This document shows, piece by piece, positions 1-13,600 of a DNA stretch of 64,000 nt. A model generated the notes under the pieces. The model was not told where the DNA came from and did not search any database. It was given only the letters and a program-made list of their open reading frames with translations. The DNA is taken from the NCBI GenBank assembly GCA_002633005.1, contig NMRA01000082.1, positions 655,731 through 719,730 on the forward strand, in the 5' to 3' direction. Source of the stretch: Phoronis australis. Taxonomy: Eukaryota > Animalia > Phoronida. Positions within the stretch are counted from its first letter, which is position 1, and the number at the start of each line of letters is the position of its first letter. The translations under genes and the position numbers were made by a program.

Positions 1-293
1 AGAAAATGGCTAAAGCTCATGTTTGACTTAAGTGTAAAATTTGTCTCAATTTCGAATGTTTGACTCTTCCACTTCCGGTAACCTCATTAAAGTTAGGACA
101 GAACTTAAGTCAAAAAGTTATGGCAAATTTGAGATTTATTTCTTGAAAGGGACTTGAGGCGAATTAACGTTTGATCGTCGATTTAGCTGACATTTAAGAT
201 TTGTCTTAGCTAAGTCGTTTTTCTTGGAACTACTGGAAATGCAAACAATGGAATAGTAAACTAAATTAAAATAACACCATGGCGTCCCGGATA

Positions 294-529
294 CATGCAC
301 ACACCCAGCCTAAAAATGGGGGCTCGAATGTTTAAGAATGTGGACCTATTACTAAAATTAAAATGCTGTGTTCAGGGCTATGAATTGTGCATTCGCCAAA
401 TTTTTGTAGATCATGAATTTTTATTGCACTTTGGTCTCAATTTCTACTTTTTTCGGGGACCTTTTTGCCCACTTCGTGAAAAGGAGGGCCCATTCAAGCT
501 CCTTGAGCCCCCCACTGGTTGCGAACATG
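294..529 (+). mobile_element. MITE family A copy (TIR about CATGCGCGCACCCAG)
   Basis: Homologous to 13207-13457, 56778-57026 and 61820-62078. TIRs are degenerate. Confidence 0.7.
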
Positions 530-1457
530 AGATGCGAAATTTTGTTGCTAGGGATGGTCACTATTACAATTATATTTAACTCATGAGAATTCCTAATCAG
601 TGTCATGAAAAAGTCACACATTGTTGCGAAGTCTGTTATATACTATTAAAGGGGAAACTTTAATACACATTGCTGCGTAGTAATAACACGACTCCAAAGT
701 AAATCTGATGGAGCGTGAATTCTCCACCGTCGTTACTCTGTGAAAAAAAACAAGTCTGCCAGACAAAAGTGACAGTTCTAACTTGTGCAAGATTCCGTGG
801 AAAGTGACCATAGTCACCACACGCCGAGTGTTCAAAAGTGAACGTGACTCGAGACAAATGCGGTAATTACATGTACCCTATCACGTCGTGCACTCCACGG
901 AGGTATGAAAATAGAAGTTGCCTTCTGCTGACATCACCCTCAACGCATTGAATCGTTACTTTGAGTCGCAATGATTTCGATGTTCTTGTTGGTAATCCTA
1001 TGACAACCTATGGCCAAATTTGTCTTTTATTTTACCCTCTTAAACGATGGTAAAACAGCTTTATCAACGCAGAAAACTTACGTGCCCTATGCAAGGTCAG
1101 TTTAAATGTAGGAATTCATAGGACAATTAACGATTTCTGCATGCTGATGTACCTTACATGAAGCTCAGTCACGAGTCGGGAATTGTGTTATGTCAGAATC
1201 GGTTTCACTTGATTCAGTTTCCCTGCACACGTCGGTTTAGTGGAATCGATCGCTTTCGTCTAGGGAGCGCAGACCCTTTTAAGCCGTCTGAATGCCTTGC
1301 AAGACGGGAATCAACCAAATTCTGTGAATAATGAACCCAGTTGATCAACTAGCTAGACAGATGGTATCTTTGACCGTGACCGAAGTGGCTATATTGGGTA
1401 TTGACAAAATGACAAGTGGGCTAAGAAATGTGACTTGATATCGGTGATCCATTTCAG

Positions 1458-1604
1458 GGAATGATAACAAGGTGACAATTTCCATTAAATGTGACACTAC
1501 AACGTTTGTCAACAAAGAAGAGCTTGCCAAAAATGCGCTTTTAGACGTCTTACAAGTAGAGTTGGAGAGGATAACAAACTTGGTGATGGAGCAAAGAGGC
1601 GACA
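1458..1604 (+). CDS. Gene 1 exon: SEA-like domain, first half
   Basis: Acceptor atttcag and donor gtaaga, phase 1-1. Encodes NDNKVTISIKCDTTTFVNKEELAKNALLDVLQVELERITNLVMEQRGD. Confidence 0.65.
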
Positions 1605-4600
1605 GTAAGAAAGTACTCAATTTTGAATTGCTTCACTGGCTTTTGTCTGAAATACTCAACCAGATATCATATTATGCCTCCACACCTGCAAACCTTGAGT
1701 TCATGCAATTATTTTTCTTTGTATTGCGTAGACGTGCAGTTCACGCTTCTGAAGGGCTGTGAGTAGTAGCCACCTAGTGGCGATTTCAGATTTTGGAATC
1801 CGGGTCTTTTCTACCAAAGAAAGTGAGTTGTCTGTCTGCATCTTAGCAGTGGTCTTGCGGGCTTTATTAAACCTAAGGCCACGTCCGCTTTTTGGATAAC
1901 ACGCTTACGTTCTTATCGTACTCCTCTACCTTGGTATCTTTCAAATCTCTTGATAAATTGTTTCTGAAATTTAGAAGCGCCATGCTTAGGCGATGGCTCG
2001 TGACAATACGGACGATGTTGAACTATTTACTCCCATGTTTTACGACAGGTGCTGTTCTGGAATTCACGCTCCGCCCCCCGACGGCAACGTCATCAAAGCC
2101 GAGCCTTGAAGCGCTGAAATGGCTGGAAACCGTGGTGAAGGAAGAGGCTTTCATCATCAAAAACAATGGCGGAAAACGAATGTGCATCGGAAAAGACATG
2201 TTTGTTAACCCTAGTAGGCTAGTTTTTCTCATAATTCATGCGTAGGGTTTGCAACAAGCGATAGTTGCTAACGAAACAACATTTTATTCCGATTAAAGCT
2301 GTCCCATGAAAAGTTGAACCATGTAGTTATAGCATTGTTTTAGTTTTGCTTTTTTCAAACGTGTGTGTATGCTTTCAAGGTTTCGATTGTATTTTTACCG
2401 GTTATTTAATCAAGTCTTTGTCTAGTTCGTTCATCCACTCAAGCCTGCATGAAACCTGCGAATGTTATTTTTCATGTTCCAGAAACTGAATGTCCAGACG
2501 GGATGTACGGTTTAGGGTGTAAAAACAAGTGCGACTGTGGACCGGGGCAACCATGCGACCAGCAAGGAAAATGTGCCCTCAGTAAGACAAAGTATATTAC
2601 TTGAGTTACAACACTGCTCACTGAACTAGGCAAACAACGAAATTATGTACGAGTAAGCCGGGTTGTCTGTAACCCAATAATTGCCATGTAAATTAACAGT
2701 AGCTTGTTTTCTCCTGTTCTTTTTTAAGAGATAAAATGTCCCGACAAAACTTTTGGCGAAAAATGCAAATATAGATGCGAGTGCACCGACACGACGGCTG
2801 TGTGTCCACCTGGCATACTCCGCTGTAAATCAAGGTGCAAAGAAACAACAGAGAAATCGTGCAAGGTCACGTGCGCTGGTGGGCGTTACGGCGAGGACTG
2901 TGCAACCCTCTGCGACTGCAAGATGACAATTGCTTGTGTTGATGGAAAATGTACAAAAGGTGGGCCTGTGGTAAAATGATGAGACACGGAGCATGTTAAT
3001 TTGTCATGGCTTTCCGTAACCGAGTTAAATGTTGCTTCGTGAATGGTTTTTAGTTTACCATGTAGTGATATGTCAATCTGTTTTTGTTAAAGCATGTAAC
3101 TTTGATGATTAATGTAAGTGGCCAGTAACCAAAAGAAGACGAAATATTTTTAATTGCATTGTATTATTTAAATGTGTATAAAATCTCTTTCGCGATATCG
3201 ACGCACGTTATTAGCTCACATGACAAACCCATTGACAAGGTGTTCTAACAATCAACGGAACAAGAAGTCTGGTACTTTACTTCCTGCCTTCAAATAAGAA
3301 GGCGTTCACCTAGCCGATCATAGTATATTGTACATTCTCGCCCTTTTCAATCCGTTTGTAGACAAAGTGTGTGAAAAACCAAAGAAGTATGGCGTAGATT
3401 GTGATTTGGACTGTCAGTGTGCAGAAGGCAGTTCATGTAGCCGTGCTGAGGGTTTGTGCGACAAGTGCAAACCGCTGAGATACGGAAAGGACTGCGGGAA
3501 TGAATGTGGTTGTCTTAAGGCCAGTCAGTGTGATGGTACCAGCGGCAATTGTAAAGGAATTTGCCTACGAGGCCTATGGGGACTCGACTGCAAGAACGAA
3601 TGCTATTGTGAACACTGTAATCCTATGACTGGCAAGTGTGAGGGCGACTGCCCGGATGGGCGCTACGGTCCTCGATGTGACAAGGAGTGTCATTGCAAAG
3701 ACCAAAAAACTTGCACTGCATCCGAAGGTTGTAAAGGATGCGATTTCGGATACAGAGGACTCCACTGCAATCTAAAGTGTTTCTGTAAAGATATGAGCTC
3801 GTGCTCGCAGTACGACAAGTGTCCACACTGCCCGACCGGTCACTATGGACTAACGTGTGAACACACATGTGACGGCTGTGTGGGAGAGGACTGTGACAGA
3901 TACACTGGAGAGTGCAAGCGTGGCTGCAAGCCCGAAAGATGGGGGCCAGGCTGCAAAAACAAGTGTGCATGTCGACTTCCGGGTTCGTGCAATTCAGTCG
4001 ACGGGCATTGTCCCAGCGGCTGCCAGAAGGGTAGGACAGGCCCGGCTTGCAACACCACATGCAACTGTGAAAAGGACGAGTATTGTATTGACAATACGTG
4101 TGACTTCCAATGCCCTAAGTACCACTTCGGACACGACTGTAGGAATGTGAGCCACTGTCCACCTGGAGACACTTACGATGTTTACACTGGACGATGCACA
4201 ATGGGTGTTTGCGACATCGGTTACTACGGTCCCACATGTACCTCTAGATGCCATTGTAAGGATAAGCGATGTAAGCCAACAGGCGAGTGTTTAGACGGTG
4301 TCTGTGCTAAGGGTTGGTACGGACCGTCTTGTGACCAACGGTGTAACTGCATTAATATTGCCAAGTGCGACGCTACGACTGGAGCGTGCGAAACATGTCC
4401 CGTCGGCTGGTATGGTATGGATTGCAGTAAACAATGCTTCTGTCATGAAAGTGTAGCTTGCGACCGCCATACAGGGTTCTGCCCAAAAGGATGTCCGCCA
4501 CTGCGCTTCGGATTGGCTTGTGATAAGACATGCGCCTGTTATAATGGGGACAAGTGTGAACGTTTTTCTGGCACGTGCTGTAAGCTCTCGAATACCAACA

Positions 4601-7600
4601 GCGGGTGTTCTAAAGGTGAGACGTTTATGAGCTAGTTTGAAGTTAAACATTTACAATCCTCATGTTAAACATGTAGATCTACGGTACACTACTCCAAAAT
4701 ATTACATGGTTACGCAACATGAGTCGTGACATGTACATGTATCATCGTACTCGAAACATATTGTCGTCTTGGCGGCAATATGTGGTCAGTGCTGTCGTCA
4801 ACGTTAGCACCTGTTGCCGCCTTGTTGACAACATGAGTCGGATGCACAGTGAATACCAACACATATTGTCGCACCTAACCATCTAGGCTACTTACAAGAG
4901 ATTTTGGTGTATAGACTGATTCAGAATTACATGAACCCTAAGAAAATTGTAAATTTTTGGAAACTGGAATATTTGGGATAGTGAAGACCTGTTTCTCTCC
5001 TTCCAGTTTTCGATAACCCCCTGCTCGAATTCTGGATAGGCATTTCGGAATTCCCCACGTCTTCACCTAGGCCTATTCGCAGTATTGCGTAGACCAAGAT
5101 GTACACAGCTATGTATGTTTGATGAACGAAAACACTTTCCAGGGCTACAATAAGAGTCATCAAGATATTATAGCATCCTTTGCCGCACTTTACACATATT
5201 TTAACTCCCTGCTACGACAGTATTCTGCCGCATGTGTAAACAAGCCACGGTTGTATTATGTCTTCACAGACATACACTGTAGTTTCATAAACTACACAAA
5301 TATCACCAGCGTGTAGCATATGAGATATATACCTTAACTTATCAAAAGTTATTGGTATAAATGAAGTTCCACTCTGACGGAACATTTTAGTTTAAAAAAT
5401 GACACACTAGATATTAAAGTGGCTTGATTTTAAAATTGCATTACTTACCCCCCTCCCCCCTTCGAAAGATAACCCTGTTTCGTGAACGCCATGGGCTCGG
5501 GGTATACGTTTTGCACTTGAAATCGAACTTGATATTGTTTTTGAAATGTCGTACAACTCCCCGTTTGTGCGAAACCAAGGTGAATGTCCACTTTTCTCTG
5601 CTCTTCTAAATTAATTCTTATATTTACGAGTGTATAGTTTTAGTCTCCAACTGGTGACCCCAGAAGTGGAGTTACAAAATCTAATAAAAAATGTAGCTTT
5701 CGAGTTCACATCTCAATTGATACGTGTAACGTTGTGGATGGGGTCATTGAGTGCAAGGCACGGATATGCAGCTATACAACTGAACTAAAATGGACTCGAG
5801 TATTGCAAAATAGACACTCATCTTGAATGCGCACTGAAGTAAAGGACATAAAGTATCAACAATAATTTCGAGTTGGATTTCAAATACACACATCAGATTC
5901 CAGTGCACCGTTGCATGAAACAATAAAAAGCAGGAATTTAACTAAATTCATTAATTTTTTTCATGTATTTGTGACGTTTTTCACTCACAAATGTAATCTT
6001 GTTCTGTCATTTTACCTTGGTTACGAGTCGGTCTTTGACTTATTACATTTTTAAATAAATATCGATTTTCATTGAACTAAGCGCTCAGATTTCACAGGGA
6101 GTTAGTCCTTGGAATAGGCTTGCTGCATAAAATGATCTCCACTGATGTTAATATGGAGAATTCAAGGTATTGTTCACTCTCAATGTGCATTGAAGGAAAA
6201 AACGGCTTAGTAACGAAACTAAAACGACGTAAGGAGGGACAGAGTTGCTGCTTTCAGAAGACAGTCCACAAGCACGCAGTAGATTTAGGGAACTTATAGT
6301 GGAGTCTTGCGACTGTTTCATGTAACCGGACTCAGGGTCTTAGCTTACGTGTATATGGAATGGAATGGCTTGTGATAGTCTGAACAGCACCCGCACTAGT
6401 GGCTGTGAAGTTATGTGTCATCACTCTTGTTATGTATATTTGTAATAGCGTTCATAGCAAAACAGCACAATGGCAAGGCCGTAATAAGAGCACTTACTAT
6501 TGGGGTGAAGGCAAACTATCTCAAAAGGATATTTATGTGTATACAACCTACATATACTGCAGGTTTTCAAAGTTTTTCAAGTTTGGAAAGTCCCACTTTG
6601 ACTGAACTCTTTATCCAAAGTGTTTATTTCCGGGCCCATTTTTCTTTATTTTCCTAAATTAAACGTAAGTTATTGCGTGTGTCACACTCCTTACACTCCC
6701 TTTAAGTCATGACCCTCAGCGATACGGCCAGTGCAATACAAAACGTCTCAACTTGTTAACAATAATTACATTTCAGAACCAGTTTGCACAATCAAGGACG
6801 CGTACGGCCCAAATTGTGACAAGAAATCGAATTGTCAAGGTAATTTCAACCTTTTGAGTGGCGAATGCAGCACGTGCAAGACTGGTTACTACGGGTTTGC
6901 GTGTGAGAACCAGTGCCACTGTAAAGGTAATACTGGGTGTTCGGGCGACGGAAATCGCTGCCCCTCAGGATGCGACGCTGGCTGGTTTGGGTTTCACTGT
7001 GAAAAACCGTGTCACTGTAATAAGAAGGCACCTTGTGAGAAAGGTAAATGTAAAACAGGGTGTGAGGCTGGATGGTGGGGCTATTCATGCGATCGACCCT
7101 GCAATTGTGAAGCGGGTGTTTGCAACCAAATTACGGGTAACTGCAATGGTGAATGTATGACAGGGAAATTCGGATACAACTGCGATCAGCAGTGTTTCTG
7201 CCCAGGCCCAGGAAGATGCGATCGCAAGACAGGTAAATGCTCCGGTGGCGTGTGCCCAACCAATAGGTTTGGTTACGGTTGTCAAAAACAGTGTCATTGC
7301 CTGCCCGGCAGTAAGTGCATCAAAGGCTACTGCGAGAAAGGATGCGACAAGGGCTGGAGCGGACCGTACTGTCAAACTGAGTGCTATTGTCTAGACGGCA
7401 ATTGCAACAGGGAGAAGTGTGGACAATGTTTGCCTGGGAGATTTGGACCTCGATGTGAAACTAAGTGTAGCTGCGCGGGGAAGTGCAACGAGTTAACCAA
7501 CGAATGCGAAAAGTGTCCCCCCGGGAGATGGGGACTCGACTGTCAACGTGAGTGTCATTGTAGGTCAGCTGCTCCTTGCGACAGGCTCAGCGGCAAATGC

Positions 7601-10600
7601 CCGGATGATTGCGAACACGGGTATTTCGGATACGCGTGCGATCAAAACTGTCACTGCAGGAATGACGAAAAATGCGACCAGTTCAGCGGTGAGTGTCTCA
7701 ATGGAGTCTGCGAAAACGGCTACTACGGTCTAGGTTGTCAGGATAAATGTAACTGCGCGCGACCATGTGACCAGAAAACGGGACAGTGCAATGACGAGTG
7801 TATTTTCAGACGTTACGGCGACACTTGCAAGAACGAGAGTAACTGTTCAGGCCCTTTCGACCGCATCACGGGAAAGTGCACGACTGTGTGCCGACCTGGA
7901 TGGTACGGATACAACTGCGCACAAAAGTGCAGTTGCGATGAGGAGACTGTAGGGTACTGTCATCCTGCCACAGGAGAGTGTAGTAACGGCTGTCCACCAA
8001 CCTACTACGGCTACAACTGCAAAAACCGCTGTTACTGCCTTGACAACAATGGTCGCTGCCCACGAGACACGGGGGAGTGTAGCAAATGTTTGATCGGTTG
8101 GTTTGGGCCTCGCTGTGGCAAGAGATGCCATTGTGACAAAGGCGAGGCCTGTCCACAAGGAACATGTCCCGGTCCTTGCCACGTGGGATGGAGAGGAGAG
8201 GGCTGTTCAGAACGTAAGTTGTTGAGCTTTTAAACCAAAAGCAACGTGAACATTTAATGACAGCATTGTTTGAAGGGCCGTGACATTACCCAGTACTTTA
8301 CAAACGTTTTTTTTTCTAGTTTGTTCTACGCTGAAAACAAATGCCAGGACTCTCTAGGTCTTGCTCTGGTGGGTTATGTAACAAATAGCACTTCAAAGCG
8401 GTAATTAAATTTAGTCGAACCCTCTTGACGTGGTTGACCAAACGCTTTACGACTTTAGATCCCCTCACTTACTTGCTTGAGTGCATCGGAGAATCGCGCC
8501 CACCTTCTGACTGGTTTTGAAATTTAATTTAGACGCTTCGGCTGCTTAGCAGAGACCGGATGAAGTAATTTAGGTAAACTGATATTACTTAATATTTCTT
8601 ATTATTCACACAGGTAAGTGTCATTGATGTTACATTTTCAGCTTTGATGGCTGTATTTAAGGAGATGGAATGATTGCATTACGTTCAGGTACTCTTTGCG
8701 ATGATCAATATGCTGCCTTTTTTGGAAGTATTGATGCCCAAGCGCTGCAACCAGATATCACGTGTTTTGCCTACAGAGATCCTCACTTTAGGGTTTTGCT
8801 TGCTCTATAGTTAGAGTACATGTGCTAATGCGCCTCGTGTAGCCTAACGGATTTTAGCCAAGTTCCAAAATATGATCGTTTCCACTAATTGGTATAATCA
8901 CGAATGTGTGCATCCGACATCTGAATGGATTCATTAAAACGATAGGACCGTACACGTCACGTTATTATGGAAGTCATCCTCCTGGGTTTTAGCAGACTAC
9001 CAGTGGTCTTATCGACATAACTTCCGATGACCGACAAGCACATATTGAAACGCTTTATGACAGCCAGTCAGTGAAAATCAGCAAATTTAGGTTTGAAGGT
9101 AAAGCCATTTAAGAAGCAGAATACCATGTCTGAGTACAAATATTAACCCCCTTTGAAAACGTGAAAACCCACCCAACGTGACTCGACAATTAGCGGCTAA
9201 TAAAAACACCTTTACATGTATCTCCGACAAAACCTTGGCAAAAACAAAAACACCAATTTAATGCGAACAATATTCGATTAGGATGCCCGATAATTCTAGC
9301 AATTTGTTTAGCAGAGTTCCGTCAAAGTATTCATGGTTTATTCTGAAATTATTTCAGTGGTGTAACAACATAAGGACCGTAATCAGTGACAGTTTTAGGC
9401 AGAGGTGGCGTGCGTTATTTGCTCATAACACGGTTGTTATTATAATGTCAAATAAAATGTATACTAATTAATAGACGACAGTCTTAGATGTTGCGCAGCG
9501 GTACATGAATCTTCGACCTGATGGCAAATATTTAAACGTTTCAGCCACTGCCTGCCTCAGACCCAACAGGTTTGGAACAGCATGCACGAGGGCCTGCCAC
9601 TGTCTGGACGACAAGCCTTGTCACCGCTTCACAGGCAAATGTAAAGCATGCAAGCCGAGATGGGAAGGTGACACGTGTTCCCATTGTAAGTAACACACGC
9701 TTACATGCATCTAGACAGACAAACCAATCGGATGACGTAAGTCAAGTTTCCAATATGATAAATGCAGTTATGTCTACACAAGATTAATTTCCTTGAAGAA
9801 CGAGACATATTGAGGTAAAAACCTAATATGGACAAATGTGGCTTAACTCTGAACATCACGTCTCAGTTATGGCTGATAGGAATCACGTTAAACTTTCAGG
9901 TAGTACCATTCGCTGTTAGGGGTTGGCTTTCAAATGAAACGATCCATTATTGCTTGAGAGACTGTCAAACAAAGGCCATTTATGAAAAACAAATCAAAAG
10001 TTGCATAAAACAAAAAAGAAAAGACAACTTAGTAAAATGTAACTATGTTTTAAGATTTTATATGTGGCATTTATATCAAAAAAACCGTTGATGTCGTCGT
10101 TCGAAGTTGAATATGCGAGTACCTTTTTTGCTATTTTGGACACAGGGAGATGGTGCACTAAACTACCTAGACGCTCTTAGCGATCCTGGAGGCGAAAAGG
10201 CGTGCTTGCAAGTCCCCCATTAAACTTCAGTGTTGGTCTGACATTGATCTTACCATGCTCTAGTAACCTTCTATATCAGAAGGTTACCTAGCTACTTATA
10301 ATAACTAAATAAATTACGGCAATTAGTAAAGTTACCAATCCCGTCTTGTCTTGTCTCAGCTGAAAGCTAAGAAGACTCGCACAAAAAGAGGAAGCTGGTT
10401 TAAAGATCAAACTCATGTAGGCACTAGAGCAGTGAGGTCTCGTTAAGACAACGCAGTGTGTTAGAGGGTTTCCACTTCTTCCGAGTTGTCACTGCCCTCA
10501 AAATTAGTGTGCCCTTGTTCAACAACACTCACGCTTGAGCTTCAGCATTCCCATTTGCTCAATAAGTACTTTTGCAATATGGCGTATGAAGCACTTATAA

Positions 10601-13600
10601 ACATGGTCGTTTAGTAGATACCCACATCAGACATGTGAAGGACAGGAAAGCGTGTTGTATCTCCTTGCAGACGTGCCCTGTGACAAGCCAAACGTTTACG
10701 GAGAAGATTGCAAGTCGGAGTGTCAGTGCCTGACACCGGAATACTGTGACAGCTTCACCGGTAGTTGCAGAGGCATTTGTCCTGTGCGACGGAAAGGGGA
10801 CACATGTGACATACGTAAGCTCTATCAAAAACGTTGTTTTTACACCTGCGTGATGTACCAAAAGTACATATAACTTGAAGCAGAAAGTGAATACATGTAT
10901 GTAACTCAAAGGCTTCAAATAACATGACACCGTTTTTGACCAATATCCGTCAATCTCAACACTGCACAGACTCGTTGAAGTAAATGGCGTTCAGAAATGA
11001 CATATACGCAAATGACCCTACTGAACAAACTTAAAGTTTTCTTAATGAATAAATTCTGCTAAAATCCTGTGTTTTGTTGTTTTTGAACCAGAAGAGCCAG
11101 ATGGCGGCCAAAGCACCTTAAAATAATCAAGCACAAAACAGCCATATTTGCGGGTTTTCATTCTTTGGCGGCGATTTCCTCCTTGACTGGGACAATACAC
11201 GCATATCTACATTTATACAACATAAAACACCTAAAAATTTGTGGCGGCTAATTTACTAGAGTAAATTTCTCCGATTGGAAATTACACTTTCAAGTTGTTG
11301 TGCTTACACATTCAGCAACAGATTCCATGTTTGGCTTCTACCATTCATTGTGTCTCACATGCATGAGTCCTAACTGCTCGTTGTAAAGAGATTACAAGAG
11401 TGGTTTACATCTGCAACATCGTTTTCGTTTCAGCCAGTGGCTGCCCGCTGCCAGGAACTTTCGGCGAGTTGTGTGAGAACAAATGTCACTGCAAGGAACC
11501 AACGTGCGACGATAAAACCGGAAGCTGTGAGGGTCACGGCGGCTGCGCAGAATATTTCTCGGGTGACAACTGCTCCATATGTACGTAAATGTTAGCGCAT
11601 TTGACGGGATCTGTCCATAAGTCATGTAATTCCAAGTTGTTACCATGGACGCGTGCCGGTGCTAGAACGTTGTGTTCACATTACACATCCAATCTAAAAC
11701 CTGTAGCAACCCAGGTTAATGACATCGCTTCGGATAACTCACTACATCCGACCTACATGTAAAACTCCCAGAAAACACACAACACCCCCATGAGATTAAA
11801 AGCGCCTCGGAAAATTTACGCTGACCCAGAACCCGCGACACCTCAGAAAAACCACGACGTCCTCGACCAAAAAAGTTACAGCATATTGTAGATGTAGATG
11901 TGCTGTGAACCATCAATGAAATGCATGGTACGAAATACGACGCTGAGCCCCCAACGGAGCATTTGCCAGGCATCTATAGTAGGTGATTTGTCTGTGAACG
12001 AACGCGTAGAAAAATATTTAATGTGCTATTATGGCGGATTTAAAATTATGGTAGTGAAGTTAGGGGTCTGGAAAAAATCACTCTAAGCATGTGCATGTTT
12101 GGAACCTGACTTTCTCCAAACTCTCATGTTCGACATCAGTTATAAAATTTGTCGTGGTTGCTAATCGGCCCTGAACAGTTAACACATTCTTGTGAGAGGA
12201 TTGTCTTAGTATGACGTCATGACCAACCGTAGACCAATAGTGTTGAACTTCTGTTTGTTGCAGTTGCTCTACCTGACGCAGAACAAGGAATTCCAGGTAA
12301 GTTAAAGTTCTTTTATCATTAGTAAATGTAAAAGCAGGATGAGGGCGCAATAAAACTCATTTGTCCCCTTTGAAATAGGCTTTCAGTTCTCTTCTCTGGT
12401 GCCATGCTTTAGGAGTATCTCGATTTGGCTCCATAATTCTAGTCAATGTTTAAAAAGACACCAAACGTGGTTTGGCCTATTGAACGTTACTAAAAAAGAA
12501 TTTCCCATCCAGCTCTCTGCAAAAAAGATAACTATCTCTAACCCTCGACTACCTTCAAAAGTTTGAAGGAAAATTTGAACAATCTTTGCAAACTCTGCTA
12601 AACGGGCGAGCGTAAGGTACGCTTTCATCGAATTACACGGTAACGGTGTGAAAATACCACCCGCCAAGGACCATAAGGTCCATTTTGTCAGATAGGGCTA
12701 TATGTGTTTTAGGTGATTCCCGTTTTTATCTTTAAAGATTGACAAAAATGATGCATTAGCAGGTGACGTGACTTGGTTGAAGTCCTCAAAATAGGGTACA
12801 CTATCTTTTTAAAGGAAGTGTTTCATGCAACAAGAATTCTTTATAATCCTTTTGTTTCATTTCGTCTTTCATTGGCCAATTTGCTAGTGACATTTTCAAC
12901 ATTGTATGTCTTGTCAGTGTCCTGTAGGAGAATAAGAGTGCATTGGTAATAGCAACAAGGTGTATAATGCAAGTGTTTTGGTGCTGCCCAGTACGGAATC
13001 TGTTTGCAGTTTCAAGTCCACTAAGCATCAGTTGAAGTCGTTTTCTCATAATACAGTATCTATTTCTTTAGTTTCAATCGTGTAACTACGCGGCCTCGCT
13101 ACTTAAGGCGCAATCGGTTACGATACGGTGTTTTCTATTGCCTCAGTGTTTTAGCACCCTTACTGGTCAATTCCTACCTTTTACATATTTGTCAAGCAGA
13201 CGACATCATTCGCGCACCGAGGGGGGCTCGGCCACGTACTCTACATTTGCCGAAGTGGGGAAAAAGGTTAGCCTCTAAGAAAAAAAAGTCCGAAAAATGT
13301 TGAAAACGATACGAAAATTCACTATAAAGGCAAGAACTACCAAATTCCGGAGAATACGCAATTTATAGCTCTGAACGTACCGCGTGAATCTTAGTAATCA
13401 GGTCCACATTCTTTGTCAAACATTCGAGCCCACAATTTTAGGCTGGGTGCGCGCATAAACATGTCTCGAGTTCGGCATTTGATGTCACATCGGACACGGT
13501 GTTTAGGTATTTCAGATTACCTTCTAATGTAGCAGAGACCGACTTCCAATAGGAAACCGGGTTCAGTAAAGTGCTTTACAGTAAAATTCCGTGGACATGC

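Noticed and set aside
1-236. Possible Harbinger-type MITE end (gacttaag / cttaagtc motifs)
   Set aside because: It is truncated by the window edge, so TIR and TSD cannot be verified.
1361-1404. EF-hand-like peptide FDRDRSGYI
   Set aside because: It is followed immediately by a stop and has no phase-compatible donor. Likely chance.
1982-2048. MLRRWLVTIRTMLNYLLPCFTT as a signal-peptide first exon
   Set aside because: The hydrophobic core and donor are weak. The site fits better as the acceptor (pyrimidine tract + acag) of exon 2049-2213.
3574-8182. Many overlapping antisense or alternate-frame ORFs over the EGF exons
   Set aside because: They are shadows of the Cys/Gly-rich coding strand and contain no independent motifs.
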